Below are positions 18,507 through 28,591 of a stretch of 64,000 nt of DNA, in pieces (the first letter of the stretch is position 1; each line of letters opens with the position of its first letter). Origin of the DNA: an uncultured bacterium (GTDB lineage Bacteria > Chloroflexota > UBA5177 > JANWHV01); the NCBI GenBank assembly GCA_963729625.1, contig CAVSOU010000007.1:32001-96000 (forward strand), written 5' to 3'. The notes below the pieces were generated by a model. The model was given only the letters and a program-made list of their open reading frames with translations. It was not told the DNA's origin and made no database searches. Both the position numbers and the translations under genes were made by a program.

Positions 18507-19517
18507 TCAGGACAACGCCACGAGCCTATCAGCCACCATCGCAGCAAAAAGCAGGGCAAGGTACATGTTGGAATACACGAACAGGCTCTTGGCACGCAGC
18601 TGCGATCGGTCGCGAAGCAAAAGCGCAGCTTGAATGACGAACGCCGCGCCAAGAACGATGGCCACGCAAAGGTACAACGGACCCATGGCGCCTGTGGGAA
18701 AGAGGGCCAGCGTGCCAGCCATGAGCAGAACGCTGTAGGCCAGAATGTTCACGCACGTCTTGTCCAGACCCTTGACCACCGGCAGCATTGGAATTGAGGC
18801 ACGTGAATAGTCGCGCCGGGTCAACAGGGACAACGACCAAAAGTGTGGTGGAGTCCACAGCGTGATGATCAGGAATAGCAGAAGCGCCGGCAGCTCGATG
18901 TCGTTGCGCACCGCGGCCCAGCCAACCAGAGGCGGCACCGCTCCGGCCAAGCCGCCGATAACGATATTCTGTGGGGTGGCCCGCTTGAGCCAGCACGTGT
19001 AGACGAGCACGTAAAACAGATTGCCTGACACGGCAAGTCCGGCGCTGAGGTAGTTCACGCCTAGACCGAACACCAGCACGGACGAGGCTGTCAGGGTCAG
19101 CCCGAAGATCAGCGCGGACTGCGGCCTAAGCCTGCCCGCAGGCAACGGTCGGTTCTTCGTGCGGGCCATCAGGGCGTCGATATCGCGGTCCAGGTATTGA
19201 TTGAGGGCACTGGCGCCGCCGGCAGCCAGCGTACCTCCAAGCAGGGTCAACGACACGAGGCGCATCAGCTCGACGCCTCCAAACGGGCGGCTTCCCGCGG
19301 CGATGAGAAATGCCGCCAGCGTGGTTATCAGCAGCAAGACGAGAATGCGCGGCTTGACGAGCGAGATGTAATCCGACAAGACGGATGTTCGTACTCTCCG
19401 TGACCTGGTCGCTTCCTCCGTCATCAGCTCGGGCCCGCGAGGGATAGCCAGCGAATCGAGTGCTGGCCCCGTGTTTGTCATGACGCTGCTGCTTTTCACG
19501 ACTTTTCCTTCAAACAA
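18507..19517 (-). CDS. ctaB: Protoheme IX farnesyltransferase (heme o synthase)
   Basis: [33 protein letters not shown] and WTPPHFW motifs. Confidence 0.96.
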   Translation of the reverse strand: MFEGKVVKSSSVMTNTGPALDSLAIPRGPELMTEEATRSRRVRTSVLSDYISLVKPRILVLLLITTLAAFLIAAGSRPFGGVELMRLVSLTLLGGTLAAGGASALNQYLDRDIDALMARTKNRPLPAGRLRPQSALIFGLTLTASSVLVFGLGVNYLSAGLAVSGNLFYVLVYTCWLKRATPQNIVIGGLAGAVPPLVGWAAVRNDIELPALLLFLIITLWTPPHFWSLSLLTRRDYSRASIPMLPVVKGLDKTCVNILAYSVLLMAGTLALFPTGAMGPLYLCVAIVLGAAFVIQAALLLRDRSQLRAKSLFVYSNMYLALLFAAMVADRLVALS

Positions 19518-19568
19518 GTAGCCACCCCATCATCTCCCCAGGTACGTCGAAGCGACCGGCGGCCAGCC

Positions 19569-20192
19569 TCACGGCACCGTCAGGTAGAACAAGGCGAAGA
19601 GCACGACCCAAACTGCATCGACGAAGTGCCAGTACAGGGTCGCCGCGTGCGGCACCATCGTGTTTCGCTGGTGGTACTTCCCTTTTAGGGTGCCAGTAAG
19701 CAGCACCAGGAGGAAGATGATTCCCCCGGTCACGTGCGCACCGTGAAGGCCCGTCAGCGTGAAGAATGTCGCCCCATAGGTGTTGCCGCTCATCGTCAAA
19801 GCGTTATTGCCGGTGAGTAGGTTGTGATACTCGTAAGCCTGCCCACCAATAAAGATCGCGCCGAGAATGATCGTTGTCACCAACAGGGTGTACATGGCGC
19901 GCATGTTCGCGCGCCGCAGCGCCTGAAAAGCAAAATGCATGGTGACACCGCTGCTGAGAAGGATGACGGTATTTACCGTGGGGAGTTGCCATTCAAAGGG
20001 CTTGACTCCCGGGAAGTTCGTGGGCGGCCAGTGCGGAGCAGCGCGGCGTTCATACAGATACATGAAGATCAGGCTGCCGAATAGCGCCATCTCGGAGCTG
20101 AGAAAACACATGACGCCCAGAAGTCCGTTACTGAATCCGGTATTGGTCCTGACCGCGTGGTGCTTCGAGATTTCCGTGCTGGTCGTACTCAT
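19569..20192 (-). CDS. ctaE: Cytochrome c oxidase subunit III
   Basis: FLSSEMALF, NTVILLSS, TGLHGAHV and YWHFVDAVW motifs. Confidence 0.94.
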   Translation of the reverse strand: MSTTSTEISKHHAVRTNTGFSNGLLGVMCFLSSEMALFGSLIFMYLYERRAAPHWPPTNFPGVKPFEWQLPTVNTVILLSSGVTMHFAFQALRRANMRAMYTLLVTTIILGAIFIGGQAYEYHNLLTGNNALTMSGNTYGATFFTLTGLHGAHVTGGIIFLLVLLTGTLKGKYHQRNTMVPHAATLYWHFVDAVWVVLFALFYLTVP

Positions 20193-20233
20193 CCGTTTTC
20201 CTTCATCACGTGAGCAACGCAGACTGAGTTCAC

Positions 20234-21919
20234 CTACGAATGGTGCCGAGCCGTTGTATCGGATTCCGACGGGCCGAACCATTGGGCCGGCTGCGCGAAC
20301 TCGTACGGTCCGCAGGAGACTATCGGTGGAGTGGCAAAGTTCCCGTGGCCTGGGGGGGATGGAACGGTCCACTCAAGGGTTCGTCCACCCCATGGATTGG
20401 CAGGCGCCTTTTCCCCGCGCGCCAGGCTTACCGCTGCGTTGTAGAAGAAGATAAGGAACGATGCACCCAACACCATGGCCGAGAGGCTGATGAAAAGGTT
20501 GAGACCCGAGAACTGTGGATCGTAGTCCGCTACTCTCCTGGGCATTCCGAGCAATCCAACGATGTGCATGGGGAAGAACGTGGCATTGAAGCTGACGTAC
20601 ATGAACCAGAAGTGCACTTTTGCCAGGCGCTCGTTGAGCATCCTGCCGGTCATCTTCGGCCACCACATGTAGAGGCCGGCAAAGATGGCGAACACACTGC
20701 CGCCAAACAAGACATAGTGGAGGTGTGCTACCAGAAAGTACGTTCCGTGCTCGTGCAAGTCGACAGGGACCGATGCCAAGAATATGCCCGTAATGCCGCC
20801 CAACGTGAAGGTGGAAACGAAACCGAGAGCAAAAAGGAGCGGCGACTCGAGCCGGAGCTTGCCCTCAAAAAGTGTCGCCACCCAGCTAAATACCTTGATG
20901 CCGGTCGGTACCGCAATGATCATCGTGGCTATCATGAAGTACGTTTCCAGCCACGGCTGGATCCCGCTTGTAAACATATGGTGGGCCCAGACAATGAACG
21001 CAAGCAACCCAATCGCCGCGCTGGAATAGGCAATCGCCTTGTACCCAAAGATGGGTTTGCGCGAGAACACCGGAATCACTTCAGAAATGATTCCCATCCC
21101 GGGCAGGATCATGATGTAGACGGCCGGGTGCGAGTAGAACCAGAACATGTGCTGCCAGAGCAACACATTGCCGCCCTTGGCCGGATTGAAGAACGGAATG
21201 CCGAAAACACTAGCCAGCAGCTGGATGCTGAGCGCGCCTGCCAGAGCAGGTGTGACCACGAGCGTCAACACCACAGTAACAAGCAGCGCCCACACAAAGA
21301 GTGGCATCCGGTGCAGCGTCATGCCTTTGGCACGCATATTGATGATCGTGACCAGGAAGTTGATAGCCGTGATGGTCGACGACATGCCGACCATGATCGT
21401 GCTGATGAGCCAGCAGATCTGGCCATAGTTGTGGGCGAGGCCGACGGGCGCCTGCAGGCTGAGCGGCGCGTACGATGTCCATCCCGCCTGAGCCGCCGCG
21501 CCGGACAGGAAGCCGGCGAACATGATGATGCCGGCTGGAGGGAAGAGCAGGTAGCTGATCAGATTGAGTTTTGGGAACGCCACGTCACCCGCACCGATCA
21601 TGAGCGGCATCAGGAAGTTGCCGAATCCACCCACGAGCATCGGTATCGTGAACAAGAAAATCATCGCGGAGCCGTGCAGCGTGGTGAGCTGGTCGAATAC
21701 GTCCGGCGCCACAACCTTGCTGCCCGGCTGAGCCAGATTCAGTCGAATAACCTCCGCGAAGAGACCGGCCACTATGAAGAACACGATAGACGTGTACATG
21801 TAGTTCAGGCCGATGACCTTGTGGTCGGTGCTGAAGATATAGCGCTTGACCCACGCCTGCCAGCCGCTTTGAGCGTGCGGGTAGAAGTGGGCATCACCCC
21901 CTACGGCTGCCGTTGACAT
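20234..21919 (-). CDS. ctaD: Cytochrome c oxidase subunit I (type A2, YS motif)
   Basis: [29 protein letters not shown] and GMPRR motifs. Confidence 0.98.
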   Translation of the reverse strand: MSTAAVGGDAHFYPHAQSGWQAWVKRYIFSTDHKVIGLNYMYTSIVFFIVAGLFAEVIRLNLAQPGSKVVAPDVFDQLTTLHGSAMIFLFTIPMLVGGFGNFLMPLMIGAGDVAFPKLNLISYLLFPPAGIIMFAGFLSGAAAQAGWTSYAPLSLQAPVGLAHNYGQICWLISTIMVGMSSTITAINFLVTIINMRAKGMTLHRMPLFVWALLVTVVLTLVVTPALAGALSIQLLASVFGIPFFNPAKGGNVLLWQHMFWFYSHPAVYIMILPGMGIISEVIPVFSRKPIFGYKAIAYSSAAIGLLAFIVWAHHMFTSGIQPWLETYFMIATMIIAVPTGIKVFSWVATLFEGKLRLESPLLFALGFVSTFTLGGITGIFLASVPVDLHEHGTYFLVAHLHYVLFGGSVFAIFAGLYMWWPKMTGRMLNERLAKVHFWFMYVSFNATFFPMHIVGLLGMPRRVADYDPQFSGLNLFISLSAMVLGASFLIFFYNAAVSLARGEKAPANPWGGRTLEWTVPSPPGHGNFATPPIVSCGPYEFAQPAQWFGPSESDTTARHHS

Positions 21920-21967
21920 CCAGTGCCTCCCGCTCTCAAGCTGCTGAGTAGTCGACTGCCAGCCATG

Positions 21968-22999
21968 TCAGTTGTTCTTCGCACCTTGATCTATCCACTT
22001 GGTGATAGTGTCGATCTCATTCGAGGATAAGTACGGCCCGCCCAACGGCATGCGCGCCCCACCGGGCTGCGCCGTGCCCGGCTGGATGATCTTCCACAGG
22101 ACGCTGTCCTTGTGGTCTCCCGCCTTAAAGACCGGGCCTGGAACAATACTGCCTCCGGCCATGAGCCCGCTGTACGAGGCGAGGCTGAGCCCGCCTAGCT
22201 TCTGACTGATATGGCAGGCAATGCAATGGTTCTGGAAGATCGACTCCACATTCTTCTTGAAGGAGATAGTGCCGACAGGCCCGACAGCCGCTGCCTGCTG
22301 CTGCTTGACCCAGGTCTGGAACTGCGCCGCAGGGAGCACATACAGGTTCTCCCGCATGTAGGCGTGTCCAGGACCGCACAATTCCGCGCAGATCAGGTGG
22401 TAGCTTCCTGCCCGCGTGGGCTTGAAGTGCATAGACGTGGGGTACCCCGGAACGGCGTCCTGCTTCACCCGAAACTCCGGTACCCAGAAGGAGTGAATCA
22501 CATCGTTTGAGTGCAAGTTGATCGTAACGTCCTGATTGAGGGGCAAGTGGCAACTGTTGCCTTCGACGATGTTGTATTTAGGATGCTGGCACGTCCACTG
22601 GTATTGCGCCGCGGTCACGTTCACAACATACGCGTCCTTGTGGTTGGCAATAATATCCGAGTAGACTTTGTAGCTCATGCCGGTCAGCACAATGAGGAAG
22701 ATCGCGGGGATTATGGACCAGACGACTTCGAGACGGGTGTTGCCGTGGATGTCTGACCCCAGGGCGTCAGGCTCATCCCCAGGCCGGCGTCGATACCTGA
22801 GCACCAGGTAAAGGAGAAAGCCCTCGACAATCAGGAAGACCGCTACCGCCGCTATGGACATGAACTTGAAAATGAAGTCCACCTCTTGCGCATGGTCGGT
22901 CGCCTCGGGCAGAATGCCCGATATCGGCGTTACGATAATCCACCAGCTCACGGCGATGAAGATGACGAAAAGAATGGCAGAAACTCGAGCTAAGCTCAT
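21968..22999 (-). CDS. ctaC: Cytochrome c oxidase subunit II with fused cytochrome c domain (caa3-type)
   Basis: DVIHSFW, CAELCGPGHAYM (CuA site) and C-terminal CIACH...MP; GAGAGG RBS. Confidence 0.95.
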   Translation of the reverse strand: MSLARVSAILFVIFIAVSWWIIVTPISGILPEATDHAQEVDFIFKFMSIAAVAVFLIVEGFLLYLVLRYRRRPGDEPDALGSDIHGNTRLEVVWSIIPAIFLIVLTGMSYKVYSDIIANHKDAYVVNVTAAQYQWTCQHPKYNIVEGNSCHLPLNQDVTINLHSNDVIHSFWVPEFRVKQDAVPGYPTSMHFKPTRAGSYHLICAELCGPGHAYMRENLYVLPAAQFQTWVKQQQAAAVGPVGTISFKKNVESIFQNHCIACHISQKLGGLSLASYSGLMAGGSIVPGPVFKAGDHKDSVLWKIIQPGTAQPGGARMPLGGPYLSSNEIDTITKWIDQGAKNN

Positions 23000-23339
23000 A
23001 GTCGTGACGTGACCTCTCTCCGACACGGGACCACGCGCAGCAAACTGCAAATAGACAGCCCAATCGCAGGCAACCGAGCACCGGCGGCATACGCGGCGGT
23101 CCGCGGCTGGGGCAACCACGTACCAAGCTCGTCTGCCGGCGGCACATACCGCTTGCCGCCAGCCAGGCCTCGCACACGGGGATTTTGCCCCTGCACCTGC
23201 TCAGTCGGCACGGGTCGCATGCTTACGGCCCGATCCCGCAGCGCGCACAACCCTCCACCCCGCGTAACCAGAAGCCAGGGTGTAGCTACACCCCTGTGCT
23301 GCCTGCGAATATCCTACATGTGGACCTCCATTTAGTCAA

Positions 23340-23375
23340 ATTATAGACAGCGCAATCTATTTATTCCATGGAATA
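23340..23375 (-). promoter_or_regulatory. Putative cta operon promoter with an overlapping 14-bp palindrome
   Basis: TATAAT on the minus strand (23340-23345); TATTCCATGGAATA palindrome over the -35 region. Confidence 0.5.
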
Positions 23376-23441
23376 CGCGCTCGACAGTAGGTCGTGTACG
23401 CCGTGCTTGCGGAACGATCCGCGGAAGCGTAGCATTGCCAC

Positions 23442-24413
23442 ATGAATCGTATGGATCGACTGTTTGCGCTGTTGTTGCAGCTACAGGCGCGCGGCATGGC
23501 TCGATCGCAGGACTTGGCACAGATCTTCGAAGTGAGTCAGCGCACGATCTACCGTGATATTCAGGCCCTCTGCGAAGCAGGCGTACCGGTTGTGTCCCTC
23601 CCTGGCCAGGGCTACGCGTTGACCGCCGGATACTTTCTGCCACCGCTCATGTTCACCGGCCTGGAAGGGGCGGCCCTGGCGTTCGGCGCAGAGTACGCTG
23701 CGCGAGTGGTAGACGAACCATTCAGGGCGGCAGCCCAATCGGCTCAGGCGAAGCTCGGCAATGCCCTCACTGCCGAGTCTTCTAGAGCGCTTCGAGAAGT
23801 GCAGGAATCCGTAGCGTGTGTCTACCCAGACGCTGCGCCGGCTCATCACCAGCTTCGCGAACTACGTAATGCCATTTTCGCGCGCTGCGTTCTCAGAATC
23901 ACCTACCACGCTTATGGTCGGCCGCTCGCGGAAGATCGCGATGTCGAGCCCTATGCCCTGCTGCACTTCAGCCAGGCCTGGCAGCTTCTAGCGTATTGCA
24001 GGGATCGTCGCGCACCCCGCATGTTTCGGCTGGACCGCATCGACCAGGTAGTAGCGCTCGACGAGCACTTCGGCCACAGCCATCATGTGCGTCAGCACGT
24101 CGCGGCGTGTGGCTCCCTCGGCGTTGCCGACGTCGTCGAGGTGCGCGTCGACTCGCGAGCCCTGCGCTGGATTCTCGAGGAGATACCGGACGGTCTGGTC
24201 GAAAAGCGCGATGAAGGACGGTTCACGATGTTGAGATTCAACGTGTGCGACCCCGCCTCCACCGTGCGTTGGCTGATGCAGTGGGCCGGTGATGTCGAGA
24301 TCATCGCGCCTCCCGCCTATCGGCGGCGCATTGCTGAACTGGGCGAGCGGATCGTCGCAAGCCACGCCGGAGATTGCTCGGGCGCCGGCAGGAGCCTGCT
24401 CGACAACGGATGA
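23442..24413 (+). CDS. YafY-family HTH-WYL-WCX transcriptional regulator
   Basis: MNRMDRLFALL, FEVSQRTIYRDIQAL, VEPYAL..WQLLAYC and RMFRLDRI motifs. Confidence 0.95.
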   Translation: MNRMDRLFALLLQLQARGMARSQDLAQIFEVSQRTIYRDIQALCEAGVPVVSLPGQGYALTAGYFLPPLMFTGLEGAALAFGAEYAARVVDEPFRAAAQSAQAKLGNALTAESSRALREVQESVACVYPDAAPAHHQLRELRNAIFARCVLRITYHAYGRPLAEDRDVEPYALLHFSQAWQLLAYCRDRRAPRMFRLDRIDQVVALDEHFGHSHHVRQHVAACGSLGVADVVEVRVDSRALRWILEEIPDGLVEKRDEGRFTMLRFNVCDPASTVRWLMQWAGDVEIIAPPAYRRRIAELGERIVASHAGDCSGAGRSLLDNG

Positions 24414-24432
24414 CTAGCGACATGCACGTCTC

Positions 24433-24546
24433 ATGATTCAGGGCGCGGTTGTCCAGCACGCGATAGCCACACCTGTCCTGGCTATTATGGTGGCGTTCAT
24501 CGTCGCGATAGCCGCGCTCGCCGTGTGGTACGGACGCACGCGCTGA
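24433..24546 (+). CDS. Putative 37-aa single-TM small protein
   Basis: MIQGAVVQHAIATPVLAIMVAFIVAIAALAVWYGRTR*, a TM helix with a basic C-terminus; weak RBS. Confidence 0.45.
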   Translation: MIQGAVVQHAIATPVLAIMVAFIVAIAALAVWYGRTR

Positions 24547-24612
24547 GCGACTGTCGTCCCGGGCGGGATGTCGGGCCGCGCTCGGCCAAGCACATGGCCG
24601 CCAGATCGGTCA

Positions 24613-24998
24613 CCTCAACCAAGCATGTAAGCCGAGTTCTGTACTCTGGTCGAGACCAGAGTGACGACCATCTCTCTAGGGCGCCGGTTGCCCGGCGTCT
24701 CAAGCAACCAACCCGGGAGACCGGGGGGGAGCCACCCCCGAGCAGCAAGAGTGCCGCTCTGCCCCCTGTTCGGTCTTGCTCCAGATGGGGTTTGCCGCGG
24801 CCAGACGGTCACCCGCCTGCCGGTGAGCTCTTACCTCACCATTTCACCCTTGCCCGGCCCGAAAGCCGTCGGCGGTATGTTTCTGTGGCACTTTCCTTAA
24901 GGTCACCCTCACTGGGCGTTACCCAGCATCTTGGCTCGCTGGAGCTCGGACTTTCCTCACGCGGCGGAGCCGCCCGCGGCCGTCCTGCTTGGTTGAGG
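24613..24998 (-). ncRNA. rnpB: RNase P RNA (bacterial type A)
   Basis: GAGGAAAGTCC, AGTGCCACAGAAA, GGGTGAAA, GGCAAACCCC and ACAGAACTCGGCTTA motifs; P1 helix CCTCAACCAAGCA/TGCTTGGTTGAGG. Confidence 0.98.
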
Positions 24999-25006
24999 CA
25001 CAGTAC

Positions 25007-25035
25007 AGCCTAGCACCGTGGGTTCTCGCGGTCAA
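25007..25035 (-). promoter_or_regulatory. rnpB promoter
   Basis: TTGACC-17 nt-TAGGCT with extended TG, ~8 nt upstream of the RNA 5' end. Confidence 0.75.
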
Positions 25036-25054
25036 CCGGTCCAACTTGGTCGGG

Positions 25055-25178
25055 CACGGTCTGCAAATAGTCGGTTGCCGGTTCAACTCCCGACGGCGGT
25101 GCTCGCGTCTGACCATGTATGGTCGCGCTTCTGCTATGACCATGTATGGTCAGGTCTGGCGACCATTTTCAGACCGTG
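25055..25178. mobile_element. MITE (non-autonomous IS derivative), ~124 bp
   Basis: TIRs CACGGTCTGCAAATAGTCG / CGACCATTTTCAGACCGTG (17/19 match), flanked by the direct repeat CTTGGTCGGG (25045-25054 and 25179-25188); two internal copies of TGACCATGTATGGTC. Confidence 0.75.
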
Positions 25179-25323
25179 CTTGGTCGGGCGCACCAGGAAA
25201 ATGTGACGGCCGTCGAAACCCCGGCGTTCACGCCGGGGAGCCTCACTGATGGCCTAGCAGTGGCCTTCAGGCCGCCCAAACTCTCGCGCTCCGGGAAAGG
25301 CCATAAACGTGACAAGTGACCCA

Positions 25324-28257
25324 CTAAAGGTCGGCGCGCGGCAGGCTGAAGCTGAACTCACTACCCTGGCCTACGACACTGCTGACCGAAATCGATCCGC
25401 CCATCTGCTCGACAAGCTGCTTGGATATGAACAGCCCCAATCCCGTGCCGACGTGTCCGGCCCGAATCACCTGGTCGATCTTGCCAAAGCGAGTGAACAG
25501 TCGTGGTAGGTCCTGCGACCTGATGCCTTGTCCGCGATCCAGCACGGTGAACTTTACGGAATCTGGCAGTACGGTGCAGCGAAGCGCTATCTCCATGCCT
25601 TCGGGCGAATACTTGACCCCGTTGTCCATCAGATTTACGAGCACCTGTTGCACGCGGTCCGCATCCGCCAGCACCTCAGGCAGTGGCTCGGGTATATCGA
25701 GGTCGACGCGCTGGCCTCTGTATTTCTGTCTGATTTCCTGTACCGCGGGACCGATCAGGTCGTCGAGATGCACGCGCCGGATGGTCAGCGGCAGCATCCC
25801 TCCCTCAACGCGCGAGACAAATAGGAGATCCTGCACCAGTCGCTGGAGCCGCTTGCTGGCACCTAGAACACGCTCTAGATAGCGTTGTTTCCGCTCATCG
25901 TCCAACTGGTCCCAATACGTGAGCAGTGTTTCAGTGAATCCCTTGATGCCGGTTAGGGGTGTGCGAAGCTCATGCGATACAGTAGACACAAAATCCGTGC
26001 GCAGCTGGTCGAGCTCTTCCAGGCGTTTCTTCGCCTCGTGCTCACGCGCATATATACGTGCGTTGCGCACGGCGAAGCTCACTTGCCTGGCGAATTGCGA
26101 GACTGAATCAGCTTCTTGCATGGTGTATGCGCCCGCGTCGACGCTAAACAGGTCCATGAAAACTATGTAGTCACCATCGATCAGCAGCGGTACCGCTATC
26201 CACGATTGAATCGCCTCGTAACCGTGAATGGCTCGCCATAACGGCTCACGATTGGTGTCGTTGACCACGATCGCAGTATCGGAGTCGACCATCTGGCTGT
26301 ACAGGGGCTCCGTAAGGATCGTCGCCTGATGAAGTGGCTCGTAGACCTCGATGCCGCCCTTCGAGAGCGTGACGGCCGCCTCGACCACACCCTGATTCAC
26401 CACGTGCACCGCGGACACATCGCTATCGATCATGGACTCGGCGTAGCGCAGAACCTGGCGCATCACATCCCGAAGCTCGAGAGTGGAGCCAAGTGAGTGC
26501 GTCATGGTCTGTTGTAGCTCCGCAAACTCCCGGCGCCTCAGCTCGAGGGCATAAAGGCGGCCACGCTCGATGGCTACCGCTGCCTGATTGGCGAACGCTT
26601 GCAAGAGCTCCTGGTGCTCGGACTTGTAGTAGCGAGCAACGTCAACGGCAGTCGCCAACACGCCGATTACCTCACCGCTCGCGATAAGGGGCAGCAGTAG
26701 AGCGGACTTGGCATGCGTGGATCGGATCAGTTCTGGAACGGCCGGCTGGCCGCGCGCATCGAGATCGTCAATCAGCTCAGGTTTGCCCAGAAGCGCGCAC
26801 CGCCCGAGCAAGCCCTCTCCAGGCCTGATCGAGGATGGCTGCGCATCCCCATTCGAGAGGCCCGCGCCGGCGACGAACTCAAGCAGGCCAGACTTCTGAT
26901 CGATCAGGTAGATGAGGCACAGCTTGCTCCTGGTAAGCTGAACCGCGGCAGCAGTGATCGTGCGCAGCGTCCCACCGAGATCAAGTGACGAGCTCATCAT
27001 CTGACCGGTTCGGTACAGCGTCGTGAGCTGCTCCGCCCGGGCAGTCGCGTCGGCCAGAGATTTCGCATTTGCCAGCGCGACGCTGACCAACTCGCTCACG
27101 CCGACTGCCACGTCGAAATCCCGCTTCCGAAAGTGGTGGCTGTTCGCGGTCCAGAACACCGCAAACGCATCGCCCGGCCGGTTGGCGATGTTCAGTGGAA
27201 TAATCATGGCCGAACGGAACCCTCGAGCCTGGACAAGTCGGTCCGGCAGTACGCGCGCGATGGCGACTTCTTCGAGGCTGGTGGGCGTCGATCCGCGCAG
27301 CGTCGGTTCCAGCTCTTCAACTCTGCTCGGCGACAGCTTGACCTCGGTCAGCGTTGTGAGCTTACCATCCAGTGCGGCAGGCTCGAGCATACGGAGCTCA
27401 ACCCGCTTGACGTCCAAATAGAGCAAGCCCGCGCACTGTCCGCCGAAGAGGCCTGGCAACACCTGTAGGGTGCGCTCCACCAACTGATCGATGTCTGAAG
27501 TGCCTACAACGCTCGCGACGGTCAGCAGTGACGACGATACGGCCATTGCCTCGCGCTGCATCCAGAACAACTGAATATTCTCGATGAAGGTCGAACCCTG
27601 GCGAGCGAGCAATTCCAAAGCCTGGCGCGTGGAAGCGCGAAGCCTTGAGGTCGTCGCAAGCTTTCCGGCTACGCAAAAGCCTATCGTGCCTTGGCCTGGA
27701 GCCTCGAGAGCGGTCACATAGAGCCTGCGCTTCTCCCGCCATACTTGCGCAGATCCGTTCGAAAGCGGCACGACTCTTGGCGAGGGTGGGAGGCACGCGA
27801 AAAGCGGCGCAAAGCAGGCCGCTACGTCTTGATCCTCCAGGAGCTTCTCGCCTTCGGCGAAAACCACCTCACCGCCGCTGTGGAATGCCCTGCCCAGCAC
27901 GTTATCGTAGACTCGCTTCGGGATCGCTACGGCAAGGACCTCTTGCCACGCGTCCACGGACACGCCCGACATTGCCTCCGCGTAGAAAGCTTCGTCGGAC
28001 GAATCAAAGAAGTAGACCACCGCAAAGCTGAAGACACCAACGTCCGCGTATATGTCCGCAAGCTTGCGCGAAAAACCATCAAGGCTCGTCTCCGGACCGA
28101 CAGTCTGGCTGAGCGCGAGGATTCGTTGCAGAACGCGAGCGGCCACACCGACCTGGCGCCCGCTGTCTTCCACCGGCGCTCGAGGAATGGGCGGAACGGC
28201 GTTATCGGGCCGATTATGCGTCGTTGTCGCGGCGGTCGCAGTATGCACGATCGTCAT
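25324..28257 (-). CDS. Cytoplasmic multi-GAF sensor histidine kinase
   Basis: About 4 GAF-like repeats (e.g. FANQAAVAIE); H-box VSHELRTPL, N-box NLMDNGVKYS, G boxes DRGQGI and GTGLGL. Confidence 0.95.
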   Translation of the reverse strand: MTIVHTATAATTTHNRPDNAVPPIPRAPVEDSGRQVGVAARVLQRILALSQTVGPETSLDGFSRKLADIYADVGVFSFAVVYFFDSSDEAFYAEAMSGVSVDAWQEVLAVAIPKRVYDNVLGRAFHSGGEVVFAEGEKLLEDQDVAACFAPLFACLPPSPRVVPLSNGSAQVWREKRRLYVTALEAPGQGTIGFCVAGKLATTSRLRASTRQALELLARQGSTFIENIQLFWMQREAMAVSSSLLTVASVVGTSDIDQLVERTLQVLPGLFGGQCAGLLYLDVKRVELRMLEPAALDGKLTTLTEVKLSPSRVEELEPTLRGSTPTSLEEVAIARVLPDRLVQARGFRSAMIIPLNIANRPGDAFAVFWTANSHHFRKRDFDVAVGVSELVSVALANAKSLADATARAEQLTTLYRTGQMMSSSLDLGGTLRTITAAAVQLTRSKLCLIYLIDQKSGLLEFVAGAGLSNGDAQPSSIRPGEGLLGRCALLGKPELIDDLDARGQPAVPELIRSTHAKSALLLPLIASGEVIGVLATAVDVARYYKSEHQELLQAFANQAAVAIERGRLYALELRRREFAELQQTMTHSLGSTLELRDVMRQVLRYAESMIDSDVSAVHVVNQGVVEAAVTLSKGGIEVYEPLHQATILTEPLYSQMVDSDTAIVVNDTNREPLWRAIHGYEAIQSWIAVPLLIDGDYIVFMDLFSVDAGAYTMQEADSVSQFARQVSFAVRNARIYAREHEAKKRLEELDQLRTDFVSTVSHELRTPLTGIKGFTETLLTYWDQLDDERKQRYLERVLGASKRLQRLVQDLLFVSRVEGGMLPLTIRRVHLDDLIGPAVQEIRQKYRGQRVDLDIPEPLPEVLADADRVQQVLVNLMDNGVKYSPEGMEIALRCTVLPDSVKFTVLDRGQGIRSQDLPRLFTRFGKIDQVIRAGHVGTGLGLFISKQLVEQMGGSISVSSVVGQGSEFSFSLPRADL

Positions 28258-28591
28258 GGCCTCGCTACGCGCAACATGCCACGATCACCGCGGCAACGCA
28301 CCACTGTCGGCGCCCGCGCGCCGATCCAACCATCATAAGCCGGTCTTTAGAACTCCTAGCACAGCTTCCCACTCGCGTCTGCCGCTCCGGCCTGGATTCA
28401 CACCAGGGAACCCCGTCTACCGAGTCGTAACCCGGCTTGCAACCGATACACTGGCAGAAGGGCTCACGCACCGTACGTCCTTACGCCTCAGTGCGTAGTT
28501 GCCGTTCGCTCAAGCATATCACAGGTAAGCGGGCACTTCGGCCGGACTGGTGTATCGCTGGCACTTCCACAGCGAGCCTGGTACGGCGGCG

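Noticed and set aside
20240-21916. 558-aa plus-strand ORF
   Set aside because: Antisense shadow of ctaD, common in GC-rich DNA; no motifs
22996-23250. 84-aa ORF overlapping the ctaC start as an extra oxidase subunit
   Set aside because: No convincing TM helices or RBS spacing; more likely a long leader
25110-25151. TGACCATGTATGGTC repeats as a mini CRISPR array
   Set aside because: Only two 15-bp copies with a 12-nt spacer and no cas genes; better explained as internal MITE repeats
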